This document shows positions 47,667 to 57,699 of a stretch of DNA of 64,000 bases, in pieces. This DNA comes from Bdellovibrionota bacterium. Lineage in GTDB: Bacteria > Bdellovibrionota > UBA2428. The translations under genes were made by a program, and so were the position numbers. The DNA lies in NCBI GenBank assembly GCA_964201665.1, contig CAXNEW010000003.1, forward strand, positions 13,284 through 77,283, given 5' to 3'. Below the pieces are notes generated by a model. The model ran no database searches, was not told where the DNA came from, and was given only the letters and a program-made list of their open reading frames with translations. Position 1 is the stretch's first letter, and every line of letters begins with the position of its first letter.

Positions 47667-48779
47667 TCAAATATTTCGATTTCGCCATTTCGAAAACTGC
47701 GAAATAAAACGCGAATCTGACTCGAAAAAACTACGCAAATCAGAAACGCCAAATTTAATCATTGCCATTCGCTCGATGCCCATCCCAAAGGCGAAGCCCC
47801 TAAACTTTTCAGAATCCCATCCCACGGCTTTAAAAACTTCGGGGTCAACCATTCCGCTGCCGCCAATTTCTATCCACCCTGAACCTTTACAGGTGCTGCA
47901 TCCCTTTGCTGCACAAAAAGGGCACTCGCAATCAATTTCAGCGGAGGGCTCGGTAAACGGAAAAAACGAGGGTCTCAATCGAATTTTCAAATCCGAACCA
48001 AAAAATTCCGATACCAGGCGAGTCAAAATTCCAATCAAGTCTCCCATATGAATTTTCTCATCCACGAGTAGACCTTCAATTTGATGAAACATGGGCGAAT
48101 GGGTTGCATCGTAATCGGAACGATAAACTCGACCCGGACAAATCATTCGAATCGGAGGTTTAGAATTTAGGAGAGTCCTAATTTGTACCGGCGAAGTGTG
48201 AGTTCGTAAAACTATTTTTTCGCCACGACCCTTAATGTAAAAGGTATCTTGAAGGGCTCTTGAGGGATGGTTTGGCGGAATATTGAGGGCATCAAAATTA
48301 TAAAACTCGTGCTCAACCTCTGGACCCACTTCCACTAAAAATCCACATCGTTCCAAAATGGCCACAAGTTGGTCTTGCACGAGGCTCATGGGATTTGCCT
48401 GGGCACCCACAAATGTAGGAATCCAGTCGCGCCGCTCAGGCAAACTCACATCAATTTTTTCAGATTGAATTTGGGATTCAAATTGTTGGATTTTAAGTTT
48501 TTGTGTTTGCACATCAACAAACTGTAGGAGTTCGTTTCTGAGGCTCTGAAGTGCAGAACCCACCCGAGGTTTAGCCTCTGAATCTAACCCGCCCATGAGT
48601 TTCATCATTTCGGTTAGGATTCCCTTTTTTCCGACCCACTCGATTCGAAGGGCTTCAATTTGCTCGATATTTTCAAAAGTAGATTTGAGTTTTTCTCTAA
48701 GCTGAAGGCTCAGGGACTCAATCTTTTTAAGGAGTTCTTCAACGCTCGAGGATTTTTTTTGTCCAGTCTCAGTTGCCAC
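47667..48779 (-). CDS. pheS: phenylalanine--tRNA ligase alpha subunit
   Basis: Class II motifs 'HPSRALQDTFY', 'RTHTSPVQ' and 'GFAFGMGIERMAM' are present. Confidence 0.93.
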   Translation of the reverse strand: MATETGQKKSSSVEELLKKIESLSLQLREKLKSTFENIEQIEALRIEWVGKKGILTEMMKLMGGLDSEAKPRVGSALQSLRNELLQFVDVQTQKLKIQQFESQIQSEKIDVSLPERRDWIPTFVGAQANPMSLVQDQLVAILERCGFLVEVGPEVEHEFYNFDALNIPPNHPSRALQDTFYIKGRGEKIVLRTHTSPVQIRTLLNSKPPIRMICPGRVYRSDYDATHSPMFHQIEGLLVDEKIHMGDLIGILTRLVSEFFGSDLKIRLRPSFFPFTEPSAEIDCECPFCAAKGCSTCKGSGWIEIGGSGMVDPEVFKAVGWDSEKFRGFAFGMGIERMAMIKFGVSDLRSFFESDSRFISQFSKWRNRNI

Positions 48780-48844
48780 AACCGGAGTCTAATATTGTTT
48801 CAGAAACCGGCCAATAACTTATATCAGCGACTGTAAAATAGAAT

Positions 48845-49192
48845 CTAGTTTCGGACTTGGGTTACTATGGACTCAAAAGCCTTTGGATCGTGCAAGGCAA
48901 TATCTGCCAAAACTTTTCGATCGAGTCCAACACCATGCTTGCGAATTCCATTCATGAAAATTGAATAGGACAAGTCATGATTTCGTACAGCCGCATTGAT
49001 TCGCTGAATCCAAAGCGATCTAAAATCTCGTTTTTTGGTTTTTCGATCACGAAAACCATATTTTAACGCCCGGGTTAAAACCTCATAGGCTTTTGAAAAA
49101 GATCGGCTACCCGAATTTCGGAAGCCTGACGTCATTTTCAAAACTTTTTTGTGACGTCTACGAGTTTTAGTTCCACCTTTTACGCGTGCCAT
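48845..49192 (-). CDS. rplT: 50S ribosomal protein L20
   Basis: 'MARVKGGTKTRRRHKKVLK...' is a canonical L20 N-terminus. Confidence 0.95.
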   Translation of the reverse strand: MARVKGGTKTRRRHKKVLKMTSGFRNSGSRSFSKAYEVLTRALKYGFRDRKTKKRDFRSLWIQRINAAVRNHDLSYSIFMNGIRKHGVGLDRKVLADIALHDPKAFESIVTQVRN

Positions 49193-49249
49193 AATTTCCT
49201 TTAAACTGACTTTCTAAAAAATTTCTAACTAGACTTTATAAATTCCAAA

Positions 49250-49450
49250 TCACCCGTAAGGGAGCAATCGAACCATACGATGCTCCATAGTTGGATGAAT
49301 AAACGCTGGACCCTGTATACGTCGAAGTCGACGACGGCCTTTTCCGGCCAAAAGGTGACGACCACCTGATTTACGAATTTTAAATTTTCCTGAAGCCGTT
49401 TTTTTAATACGTTTTTTTGCTCCGGAATGTGATTTTGCTTTGATTGCCAT
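49250..49450 (-). CDS. rpmI: 50S ribosomal protein L35
   Basis: ATG 49450 gives a 66-aa product, 'MAIKAKSHSGAKKRIKKTASGKFK...', with AAGGAG upstream. The longest ORF (49492) adds 14 unlikely residues. Confidence 0.9.
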   Translation of the reverse strand: MAIKAKSHSGAKKRIKKTASGKFKIRKSGGRHLLAGKGRRRLRRIQGPAFIHPTMEHRMVRLLPYG

Positions 49451-49539
49451 GAGTTGTAAAAGCTCCTTACTGAAGACCCGGGACTCTGCCATGGACTTTA
49501 GGTTGTGACAACCTGAAATTTGGCAAACTTTTTGGGAAA

Positions 49540-50193
49540 TTATGAGTTCGAGGATGCCCCCGACTGTGTGCCAGCAGCTGCCGCTGCGGCTTCGGCTGCG
49601 GCAGCCTTTTGGGCCATTTTACGGGCAATTGATGGGGGTTTTACCAAACTTGCTACTAACGAGCCCACAACTGGCTTTTTTGAGCTCCCAAGAGGGGCAA
49701 AAATGCAAAACATCCGTCGTCCTTCAAACCGGGGTTGGGTCTCAAGCTGCGCCATATCCCCTAGTTTTTCGACGAATTCAACCAAAGTGTCCCAACCTTG
49801 GTCCAGATGCTCGAGCTCTCGCCCCCTATAGACCACAGTAATTTTGGCCTTATTGGCATCATCCAAAAAGCCCAAAACAGACTTGGCCTTGTGTTCTAAA
49901 TCATGAACATCAGTTTTAGGCCGAATTTGAATTTCTTTGAGCTCCACCACCACCTGTTTTTTCTTGGCGGCTTGGGCTTTTTTCTTTTCCTGGTATTTGT
50001 ACTTACCATAGTCCATGATTTTGCAGACCGGTGGATCAGCAGTCCCCGCGACCTCCACCAAATCAAGACTCAGGCTTTCTGCAAGTTGAACGGCCTGACG
50101 GGTATCCAAAATTCCAAGCTGTTCGCCATCTTTTCCAATGACTCGAACATAGGATGCTCGGATTCGACGATTAATGTTTAGTTCTTTACTCAT
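49540..50193 (-). CDS. infC: translation initiation factor IF-3 with a ~45-aa Ala-rich C-terminal extension
   Basis: 'INRRIRASYVRVIGKDGEQLG' and 'FEGRRMFCIFAP' match the IF3 core. An extra tail follows: '...KMAQKAAAAEAAAAAAGTQSGASSNS'. Confidence 0.92.
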   Translation of the reverse strand: MSKELNINRRIRASYVRVIGKDGEQLGILDTRQAVQLAESLSLDLVEVAGTADPPVCKIMDYGKYKYQEKKKAQAAKKKQVVVELKEIQIRPKTDVHDLEHKAKSVLGFLDDANKAKITVVYRGRELEHLDQGWDTLVEFVEKLGDMAQLETQPRFEGRRMFCIFAPLGSSKKPVVGSLVASLVKPPSIARKMAQKAAAAEAAAAAAGTQSGASSNS

Positions 50194-50236
50194 AGATTTT
50201 CCTTAAATTTATAGCCAAATACAAAAACTTCATATT

Positions 50237-52165
50237 TTAAAATTGGGGCTCAGCAAGGCTCGCGAATTCAGCCAAAAATGTTTCGACAGAAACACCTTGT
50301 TTTTGCTCATTACCCTTCAATCGCAAACTCAACGTTCGAGATTGGGCCTCGCGACCCCCTAAAATAATAAAGTAGGGAGGCTTCTGTGCCTGAAATTGTT
50401 TGATTTTTGCAGCGAGTTTTTCGGAGGAGTCGTCCATCCGAACACGAAATCCTTTTAACTTCATGAGTTCGTGGATTTCTCGGGCGAAATTTGCAGCATC
50501 GTCAGACACCGTTAATACAACTGCCTGCAAGGGTGCAAGCCATAAAGGAAAATGGCCCGCAAAGTGTTCAATTAAAATACCCAGGAATCGCTCTAGACTG
50601 CCAGCAATTGCCTTATGAATCATAACCGGGGTGTGGGATTTGTTATCGGATCCCGAAAACTCGAGGCCAAACCTGCCCGGCATCGAAAAATCGAGCTGAA
50701 TGGTTCCGCACTGATGGCTTCTCTCAAGAGAATCTTTAAGATGAAAATCAATTTTGGGACCATAAAAGGCACCGTCGCCTGGATTCACTCTGTAAGAATG
50801 CCCACCTTTTTCAAGAGCATTCTTTAAGGATTGCTCGGCTTTTTGCCAAGTTTCATCGGAACCAATACTTTTCTCAGGCCGGGTAGAAAGCTCCATGCGG
50901 TACTCAAATCCAAAAACTTTATAAAATTTTCGAATCATTTCGAGAACGTTTGCAATTTCGCCCTCAACTTGATCTTCAGTGCAATAAACATGGGCGTCGT
51001 CTTGAACAAAAGTTCTTACCCTAAAAAGCCCCTGCGTAACTCCACTGCGCTCGTGGCGGTGGACCCGTCCAAACTCAGCCAGTCGCATCGGAAGTTCTCT
51101 GTAAGAATGGTGTCCCGCTTTGTAAATCAAACAATGGCCCGGACAATTCATGGGTTTAACGGCAAAGTCGCGCTCGTCGACTTTGGTGAAATACATATTC
51201 TCTCGGTAGTTGTCGTAGTGACCTGAATTTTTCCAAAGCTCCTGTGACAAAAGAAGTGGCGAAATGACTTCCTCAAAGCCATGGGCTTTGTTCAAAGATC
51301 TCAAAAACTCAACCAACCTTAAATAAAGAAAGGCTCCATTGGGATGAAAAAAGGGCGAAGCGGGTGCCTCGGGATGAAATGAAAATAGGTCCTGGTCGAC
51401 TCCGATACGACGGTGATCGCGTTTTTTGGCTTCTTCAAGTCTTGCAAGGTAAGCCTTTAAACTTGGCGGCGACTCAAAGGCCGTGCCATAAATTCGCCCT
51501 AGCATTTCATTTTTTTCATTTCCACGCCAATAGGCCCCTGCAACACTCATAAGTTTGAAAGCTGAAATCCAGCCTGTATGGGGCACGTGGGGACCTCGAC
51601 AAAGATCCACAAATTCTTGCCCATGCCAGTAAACACTTACTGTTTGGACAGAATTCTGAGCAACAAGGTCGCGAATAATTTCACATTTATAATGCTCGCC
51701 CTGGGATTCAAAAAATTTGAGGGCCTTTGGAACTTCCCACTCCTCGCGTTTCACAGGCAATTTTTTTGCAATGATGGCCTTCATCCGCTCTTCAATTGCA
51801 GGAAGTTCTTCTTCTTTAAAACCACCTTTTTTTGAGAAATCATAAAAAAATCCCTGCTCGATAACTGGACCAATTGTGACTTGGACCTCAGGATAAATTT
51901 CTTTAACCGCTTGAGCCAAAATATGTGCCGTTGAATGGCGGATAATGTCTAAGGCTTCGGGATCGCGAGGGGTAATAACCTTGAGGGCGGCAGAATTTTC
52001 AGGAATTTCTTTATGTAAATCCCAGATTTCATCGCCGACTTTAAAACCGAGAATGTCCGCCGGAATTTTGATTATTTTTTTCTCAGCAATTTCTTTGAGA
52101 ATTTCAGACCCGGGCCGACCCGCTTTAAGGGTGGCCGATTTTTCGCCAGATAAAATTTCAACCAT
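50237..52165 (-). CDS. thrS: threonine--tRNA ligase
   Basis: Colinear with E. coli ThrS ('RHSTAHILAQA', 'CRGPHVP', 'FRVRTFVQDDAHVYC'). ATG 52165 ('MVEILSG') is preferred over TTG 52192. Confidence 0.93.
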   Translation of the reverse strand: MVEILSGEKSATLKAGRPGSEILKEIAEKKIIKIPADILGFKVGDEIWDLHKEIPENSAALKVITPRDPEALDIIRHSTAHILAQAVKEIYPEVQVTIGPVIEQGFFYDFSKKGGFKEEELPAIEERMKAIIAKKLPVKREEWEVPKALKFFESQGEHYKCEIIRDLVAQNSVQTVSVYWHGQEFVDLCRGPHVPHTGWISAFKLMSVAGAYWRGNEKNEMLGRIYGTAFESPPSLKAYLARLEEAKKRDHRRIGVDQDLFSFHPEAPASPFFHPNGAFLYLRLVEFLRSLNKAHGFEEVISPLLLSQELWKNSGHYDNYRENMYFTKVDERDFAVKPMNCPGHCLIYKAGHHSYRELPMRLAEFGRVHRHERSGVTQGLFRVRTFVQDDAHVYCTEDQVEGEIANVLEMIRKFYKVFGFEYRMELSTRPEKSIGSDETWQKAEQSLKNALEKGGHSYRVNPGDGAFYGPKIDFHLKDSLERSHQCGTIQLDFSMPGRFGLEFSGSDNKSHTPVMIHKAIAGSLERFLGILIEHFAGHFPLWLAPLQAVVLTVSDDAANFAREIHELMKLKGFRVRMDDSSEKLAAKIKQFQAQKPPYFIILGGREAQSRTLSLRLKGNEQKQGVSVETFLAEFASLAEPQF

Positions 52166-52252
52166 CAACCCATTGGTTGTAGCAGGACTCAAAGGCCGGT
52201 GAAAGTACCTCGAACCAATTCAGGCTAAAGTTTAAAACTTTGTGCTTGGCAC

Positions 52253-54277
52253 CTAAGGACTCACCTGTGGATTATTTCCAACAACCGGACTCATACCCGT
52301 GCCCACACCCGCTTCGGCCTGCCGCTGCCCTAGCCTACGGAGAGCATCCACAGGCGTAAGTTCACCAGACTCCGATGGAGCATCTAGGTAGGTATAACCA
52401 TTGAGACCATCTTCGTAATAGCGAAGCAGAAGTCTTGACTCTTCTAAGGAAATTGCTTTTTTAGCCAGAGCTTTTTCGACAGCATTGCGAACATTTCTCA
52501 CCAGACTTGGGCGATCATATTGCACATAGCTCAAGACCTCGTTCACAGTGTCGCCTTCAACTACGTGATCAATCACGTAGCCCGAAGAACTCAAACTTAC
52601 GTGCACAGCATCGGTGTCTCCAAAGAGATTATGAAAATCTCCCAAAATTTCTTGATAGGCCCCTACTAAAAATGCGCCAATATAATAGGGCTCACCGGGT
52701 TTCAGATGATGAAGCTCTAGAGCCTCTTTAACGTCTTTAACATCAATGAACCGTTCAATTTTTCCGTCAGAATCGCAGGTAAGGTCAAGGAGGGTGGCCC
52801 TGCGCGTAGGTTCTTCAGACAATCTATGAATGGGCATTATTGGAAACATTTGTTTCACGGCCCAGGTATCAGGTACCGACTGGAAAACACTAAAATTACA
52901 ATAATAGGAATCGTACATGAGCTTTCGAAGCTCTTCGATTTCTTCGATCTGACGAGGCAAAGTTTTGGAAACCTCGAGAGCTTTTGTGCAAAAAGCCCAA
53001 AACAGAGATTCCATCATGCCCCTTTGTTTGAGACTCATATAGCCCAAATTAAAAAGAGACATCCCGTCGTCTTTAAGTTTTGAGGCATCCAAAATGGCTT
53101 CGGTGATGTTTTTTCCAGATAGGCTTTTATAGAGTTTATAAAACTCTTGAATGATTTCGTGATCTTCGCGTTCAATATTTTCTGGGAGTTGTGATTTTTT
53201 AATATAATTTGAACCCAAGACATCAAAAACAAGCACACTATGGTGGGCGACAAGAGCTCGACCCGCCTCGGTAACAATATTTGGGTGTTGGATTCCTTTT
53301 TCATCACAAACAGTTTTTATTTGGGCCACAACATGGTCGGCGTATTCTTGTACAGAATAGTTTACAGAATTGTCCCAATTTGTTTGAGACCCATCATAGT
53401 CAACGCCCAAACCCCCACCGACGTCCAGATATTTCAAGCCCGCGCCAAGAGCCGCAAGTTCAACGTAAATGCGGCAAGCCTCATTTAAGGAATCTTTTAT
53501 GGCCCTTAGAGATGTGATTTGGCTGCCGATGTGAAAGTGCATGAGCTCTAAGCACGAAAGACTTGCTTCTTTTTCAAGAATCTCAATTCCCCGAATCATT
53601 TCTTCGACAGTAAGACCAAATTTTGACTTAGCCCCGGAACTCTCAACCCATTTGCCCGCGCCCTTGTTTTCAAGTTTTGCTCTGAAACCTATTCGAGGTC
53701 GGATATTTAAATTTTTGGCAGCCTTAAGAACAATTTCGATTTCAGCAAAACGATCAATGACAATGACTGGATTTCGACCCAATTTTTGAGCAAGCAATGC
53801 GGTCTCAACATACTCGGTATCTTTGAATCCGTTACAAATAATGAGCGCTTCGGGATCATCAATGACAGCAAGAGCCACAAGCAATTCAGGCTTGGAGCCA
53901 GCCTCTAAACCCAAGTGCGATTTTTCTCCGTGCTTTACAATTTCTTCAACCAGGTGTCGCTGTTGGTTAACCTTGATGGGATAAACGCCGCGGTATTTTC
54001 CTTGATAGGCTTGGCTCTCAAAGGCAGTTGTGAAAGCGCCGGCCAAGACTTGAATGCGGTGATTTACGATATCAGGAAATCGCACGAGCAAGGGGCAACG
54101 CAAACCACGTTCTTGTAGGTCATCGAGTAAAACTTTTAAATCAATGGGCGGCAAATCCGATTGGGAGCCATGAGGATTTACTTCAACATGGCCCTTTTCG
54201 TTTACACGAAAATATCCAGCCCCCCAGGACTCAACAGCATACAATGCAGAACTTTTCTTTGGACTCCAAACTTCCAT
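52253..54277 (-). CDS. speA: biosynthetic arginine decarboxylase
   Basis: 674 aa. 'YGVESWGAGYF'-type N-terminus ('YAVESWGAGYFRV'), a PLP-fold region 'YPIKVNQQ' and 'HFHIGSQ'. Confidence 0.92.
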   Translation of the reverse strand: MEVWSPKKSSALYAVESWGAGYFRVNEKGHVEVNPHGSQSDLPPIDLKVLLDDLQERGLRCPLLVRFPDIVNHRIQVLAGAFTTAFESQAYQGKYRGVYPIKVNQQRHLVEEIVKHGEKSHLGLEAGSKPELLVALAVIDDPEALIICNGFKDTEYVETALLAQKLGRNPVIVIDRFAEIEIVLKAAKNLNIRPRIGFRAKLENKGAGKWVESSGAKSKFGLTVEEMIRGIEILEKEASLSCLELMHFHIGSQITSLRAIKDSLNEACRIYVELAALGAGLKYLDVGGGLGVDYDGSQTNWDNSVNYSVQEYADHVVAQIKTVCDEKGIQHPNIVTEAGRALVAHHSVLVFDVLGSNYIKKSQLPENIEREDHEIIQEFYKLYKSLSGKNITEAILDASKLKDDGMSLFNLGYMSLKQRGMMESLFWAFCTKALEVSKTLPRQIEEIEELRKLMYDSYYCNFSVFQSVPDTWAVKQMFPIMPIHRLSEEPTRRATLLDLTCDSDGKIERFIDVKDVKEALELHHLKPGEPYYIGAFLVGAYQEILGDFHNLFGDTDAVHVSLSSSGYVIDHVVEGDTVNEVLSYVQYDRPSLVRNVRNAVEKALAKKAISLEESRLLLRYYEDGLNGYTYLDAPSESGELTPVDALRRLGQRQAEAGVGTGMSPVVGNNPQVSP

Positions 54278-54417
54278 ATTAGACCCCTTTTTAAAATTTT
54301 CTTAAAATTTTCTTTGCGTAACCCCAGACCCTAGGGCCTTATAACATTTTTAGTTTTTTTACTGAAGGGTTTTTTCAAAATGTGTTGGCCATTGGTATTT
54401 TTTTTTATCGAGCAAAC

Positions 54418-54894
54418 TTAGTCTCGTTTTGAATGAACCACGGCCTCAACATCGAGAGCCGAAAAACTAAAGGGTACCAGTTGGCCTAAGGTGTAATGGG
54501 CAAAAACACCTTGCTGGCTTCCGACCCAAATATTTAAGTCAGGCTGGCAAAAATCTAGAAGTGCCTGACGACAAGCCCCGCAGGGGGTGGCGCCTGAGGG
54601 ATTATCTACAACGACAACAACATCGGTGAATTTTCGATGGCCCTGTGAAAGAGCTGAAAAAAGAGCTGACCTCTCAGCGCAAACACTCAGACTGTTCACA
54701 ACAATTTCGATATTGGCCCCTTGAATGGCAATCAACTGCGAGCCCAACGCGGCCCCAACCCGATAACCCGAGTATTCAGCCACAGCATTTTTTTGGGCCA
54801 GACAAGCGAGCTCCCACATTTTCTGCAAATAGGGCTTGAGCTTGAGAGGTTTTTTTACGGGTTCAATTTTCGTTGATTTTGTTTTTGCGGACAC
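54418..54894 (-). CDS. cdd: cytidine deaminase
   Basis: The zinc motifs 'CAERSALF' and 'PCGACRQAL' are present. The longest ORF starts at GTG 54894. ATG 54819 would give a typical ~133-aa Cdd. Confidence 0.85.
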   Translation of the reverse strand: MSAKTKSTKIEPVKKPLKLKPYLQKMWELACLAQKNAVAEYSGYRVGAALGSQLIAIQGANIEIVVNSLSVCAERSALFSALSQGHRKFTDVVVVVDNPSGATPCGACRQALLDFCQPDLNIWVGSQQGVFAHYTLGQLVPFSFSALDVEAVVHSKRD

Positions 54895-55043
54895 AATTGA
54901 GATTTGGGCTAAACCAGGATCGATCCTCTTTCAAATTTTGGACATTTTTTTTGTGTCCGACCGCACGGGTTTAACTGCGATTACCTATTTTTTTTAAAAA
55001 ACGGAAAAAATAAGAATACAAAAATATTCATGGTTACTCACAC

Positions 55044-55082
55044 GAAAATCGAGGGATCACCCTTTTCGGAGCAATCCCTCGA
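55044..55082 (-). terminator. probable rho-independent terminator of the small lipoprotein gene
   Basis: A 9-bp stem tcgagggat/atccctcga (55049-55057 / 55074-55082) is followed by UUUU on the minus-strand RNA. The loop is 16 nt. Confidence 0.5.
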
Positions 55083-55095
55083 CCTTAACATCGCG

Positions 55096-55254
55096 TTAGA
55101 AAACCTTTCTTGAATCTGCACCGCGTAGGCGCTCAACTCCCGCACCGTCTTCAGATGCAGTGGTTCTTTCAACCGATGAGCTGTTTGAGCTGCATGCGGT
55201 TTGAAGAACAAGAACTCCAACTAGAGCTAGGATTCCAAATAGACGTGACTTCAT
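55096..55254 (-). CDS. small lipoprotein (52 aa), shorter than any ORF listed in the supplied track
   Basis: My own translation is MKSRLFGILALVGVLVLQTACSSNSSSVERTTASEDGAGVERLRGADSRKVF*. The strong SD AAGGGGGAG lies ~6 nt upstream of the ATG. It has a signal peptide with a lipobox-like 'LQTAC', and a terminator hairpin lies downstream. Confidence 0.6.
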   Translation of the reverse strand: MKSRLFGILALVGVLVLQTACSSNSSSVERTTASEDGAGVERLRGADSRKVF

Positions 55255-55493
55255 ATGGTGACTCCCCCTTTTACTTTGGTTATTTTTAGACCCTTCACTT
55301 ATTATGACCCTTCCCCTTGTAAAAAAGGTTAATTCTTGGAGAAAGTTCAGGATCCAGTTTAAATACCATTACTTACATGCAGCCCTGGAACCTATCTCTT
55401 ATCGGTATTTAGAGGCTAAAACTTGAGGAATATTTTTGGAAGTCTACCTGGACCTTTTTGATTTTGCTTAACAAAACATTCACAATTCGCGGG

Positions 55494-56390
55494 TCAGGCG
55501 CTTTTTTTTTGTGGCAAAATTATTTGTGTAAAATGCACCACTACAGCTACTACGCCACCCCCTAAAAAACCCACACCCAAATCGAAGCCAGAAGCAACCC
55601 AAGTACCCTGCCCTTCAATGAAATGATGCAGGATAGAAATATTGTGAGTGAGAATTCCTCCGCCGACTAAGAACATAGCGAGCGTGCCTGCCACGCCCAA
55701 AAACTTCATCAGTTGAGGGGCAAAACCTAGGATAAATTTTCCTATGAATTTTTTCGAAGAGTTTTGATGTTTTGCGACTAAGTGAAAACCCAAGTCGTCG
55801 AGTTTCACGATGCCGGCAACGAGACCATAGACTCCGATTGTCATAATCGCCGAAATAGAAAACAAAACACTAACTTGTTTTAGAAATACTGTTTCAGTCA
55901 GGGTACCCAGAGTGATGACAATGATTTCAGCGGATAAAATAAAATCGGTTCGAATTGCGCCTTTGATTTTTGCTTTTTCAACATCCCGCATGGGAATAGC
56001 CTGAGCGATTTCTTGGATCGTCTTTGTTTTAGGTTTGGCCCCTTTACGAAAAAGGTAAACAAGTTTTTCGAAAACTTTTTCAAATCCCTCAAAGCAAAGA
56101 AAAAGTCCACCCAGAATTAAAAGCCAGGTTATGAGTTTTGGGGCGAAAAAACTAATCAGGAGAGCAGCAGGAACCAAAATAGCTTTATTAACCGCAGATC
56201 CCTTGGCAACGGCCCAGACAATATGGAGCTCTCTGTCGGCAGAAACACCCGCAACTTGTTGGGCATTTAAGGCGAGATCATCACCCAAAACACCAGCTGT
56301 TTTTTTTGTAGCAATTTTTGTAAGAACCGCTACATCGTCAAGGGCCGAGGCTATATCATCAAGCAAAGTCAGTAGCGTTGTTCCAGCCAT
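55494..56390 (-). CDS. yedI: DUF808 inner-membrane protein (YedI-like)
   Basis: 'LLTLLDDIA..LDD', 'KKTAGVLGDDLALNAQQV' and 'IKGAIRTDFILSAEI' match E. coli YedI closely, as I recall it. Confidence 0.8.
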   Translation of the reverse strand: MAGTTLLTLLDDIASALDDVAVLTKIATKKTAGVLGDDLALNAQQVAGVSADRELHIVWAVAKGSAVNKAILVPAALLISFFAPKLITWLLILGGLFLCFEGFEKVFEKLVYLFRKGAKPKTKTIQEIAQAIPMRDVEKAKIKGAIRTDFILSAEIIVITLGTLTETVFLKQVSVLFSISAIMTIGVYGLVAGIVKLDDLGFHLVAKHQNSSKKFIGKFILGFAPQLMKFLGVAGTLAMFLVGGGILTHNISILHHFIEGQGTWVASGFDLGVGFLGGGVVAVVVHFTQIILPQKKSA

Positions 56391-56477
56391 TGCTCAGTTG
56401 TACCGAAAGATTATCCAAATGGGAATTTGGAATGGCTTGCTATAAAAAGAAACTTGAAAATTGTGCCTGACCCAGAC

Positions 56478-56828
56478 TTAATCTTTTTTGGACTCTTCTT
56501 TGGAATCATCAGTGCCGAGGGCCTTAGAAACTTCGCCGGGTATTTTTTTTGCGGCGTTTTCGACTTTTTTTGCGGCGGGCTTGAGATCTTCTTCTACAAA
56601 CTCTTCAACGTTTTCTTGGGCTTTTTTAAGATTTTTTTTAACGACTTTTCCGGCCTTCTTTGCGGTTTCTTCGACTCCGTCCAAAACCTCGGTCACGCCT
56701 TCTTCAAGGTCTGTGCGATTTTTTTTAGCATTTGTTTTTTCTCCATCTGAGTTTTGCGAAAAGCTTAAATTCACAAATCCTAGACCAAGCCCTAAACAGA
56801 GAAACGTTAAAACAATGTAATTTTTCAT
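56478..56828 (-). CDS. secreted K/E-rich low-complexity protein (116 aa)
   Basis: Signal peptide 'MKNYIVLTFLCLGLGLGFVNLSFSQ', then charged repeats ('AKKAGKVVKKNLKKAQ', 'AAKKVENAAKK'). Confidence 0.55.
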   Translation of the reverse strand: MKNYIVLTFLCLGLGLGFVNLSFSQNSDGEKTNAKKNRTDLEEGVTEVLDGVEETAKKAGKVVKKNLKKAQENVEEFVEEDLKPAAKKVENAAKKIPGEVSKALGTDDSKEESKKD

Positions 56829-56838
56829 ACAGCTATTT

Positions 56839-57675
56839 TTACACCTTTTTTTTGGGGAACCAAGGAATAAAAATTGAAACTCGCCTTTGATAGTCTTTGT
56901 ATTTTTCGCCTCTTGATTTGAGTGAGGAACTTTCGGCGTAGGGAATTCCAGTAAATTTTAGAATCAAAAATGTTAAAAGGACCCCGGGCACTATCGTGAA
57001 AAACTTAAAAATTCCTGGCTGATTCCAAATTAAACTAAGGCCCGCCCCACCCCAAAAGAGCCAGGTCAGACATTCAAAAAAATAATTGGGATGCCGAGAA
57101 TAGGCCCAAAGACCCTGTTGGCAAACTTCTCCTCTAAGGTTTGAAAGTTTAGATTTTGCCTTGAATTTTTCAAGTTGACGATCCGAAACAAAAACTCCCG
57201 CTAAACTCAAAGCCGACCCGACCAAAAAAATCCACGCAAAGGGATTTCCTTGGACTTGAAACCCCTGGGCCTTAAGCACCTGGGCATTTAGCATCAGAGG
57301 ACTAGCAATTCCCAGTGAAAGAATCCCCGCAATAAAAGCCTGCGCCAAAAAGAACACAAAAAATTTCGAGGCTGTCCAATTTTTTTTAAGCTCCACATAC
57401 CGAGGGTCCTCGCTTGGAAAATGAGCCCTAAGGCGTCGACCCAAATGCCAGGTCAAACGGAGAGACCAAAAAATTCCGAGCCCCATGAGGACCCAAAGCT
57501 CAACTGGAACAGGGGCTCGCAGATTTTCTGCACCCAAAAAAATCCAAATCAACCCGATCGAGGTCGCCCAGAGGCCATCAACCAGGCTCCAAAAACGAAT
57601 TCTTTGGGCCCAAAAAAAGCCTCCGATAAAAATAGCACTCAGAATCAGAATACATGTGAGAATTTGAAAACCCAT
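56839..57675 (-). CDS. DUF1295 / steroid-5-alpha-reductase-like membrane protein
   Basis: Polytopic protein. The C-terminal 'YSRHPNYFFECLTWLFW' is typical of the DUF1295/ICMT-like fold. Confidence 0.7.
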   Translation of the reverse strand: MGFQILTCILILSAIFIGGFFWAQRIRFWSLVDGLWATSIGLIWIFLGAENLRAPVPVELWVLMGLGIFWSLRLTWHLGRRLRAHFPSEDPRYVELKKNWTASKFFVFFLAQAFIAGILSLGIASPLMLNAQVLKAQGFQVQGNPFAWIFLVGSALSLAGVFVSDRQLEKFKAKSKLSNLRGEVCQQGLWAYSRHPNYFFECLTWLFWGGAGLSLIWNQPGIFKFFTIVPGVLLTFLILKFTGIPYAESSSLKSRGEKYKDYQRRVSIFIPWFPKKKV

Positions 57676-57699
57676 AAAGACTCATAGCCCCCACCAAAA

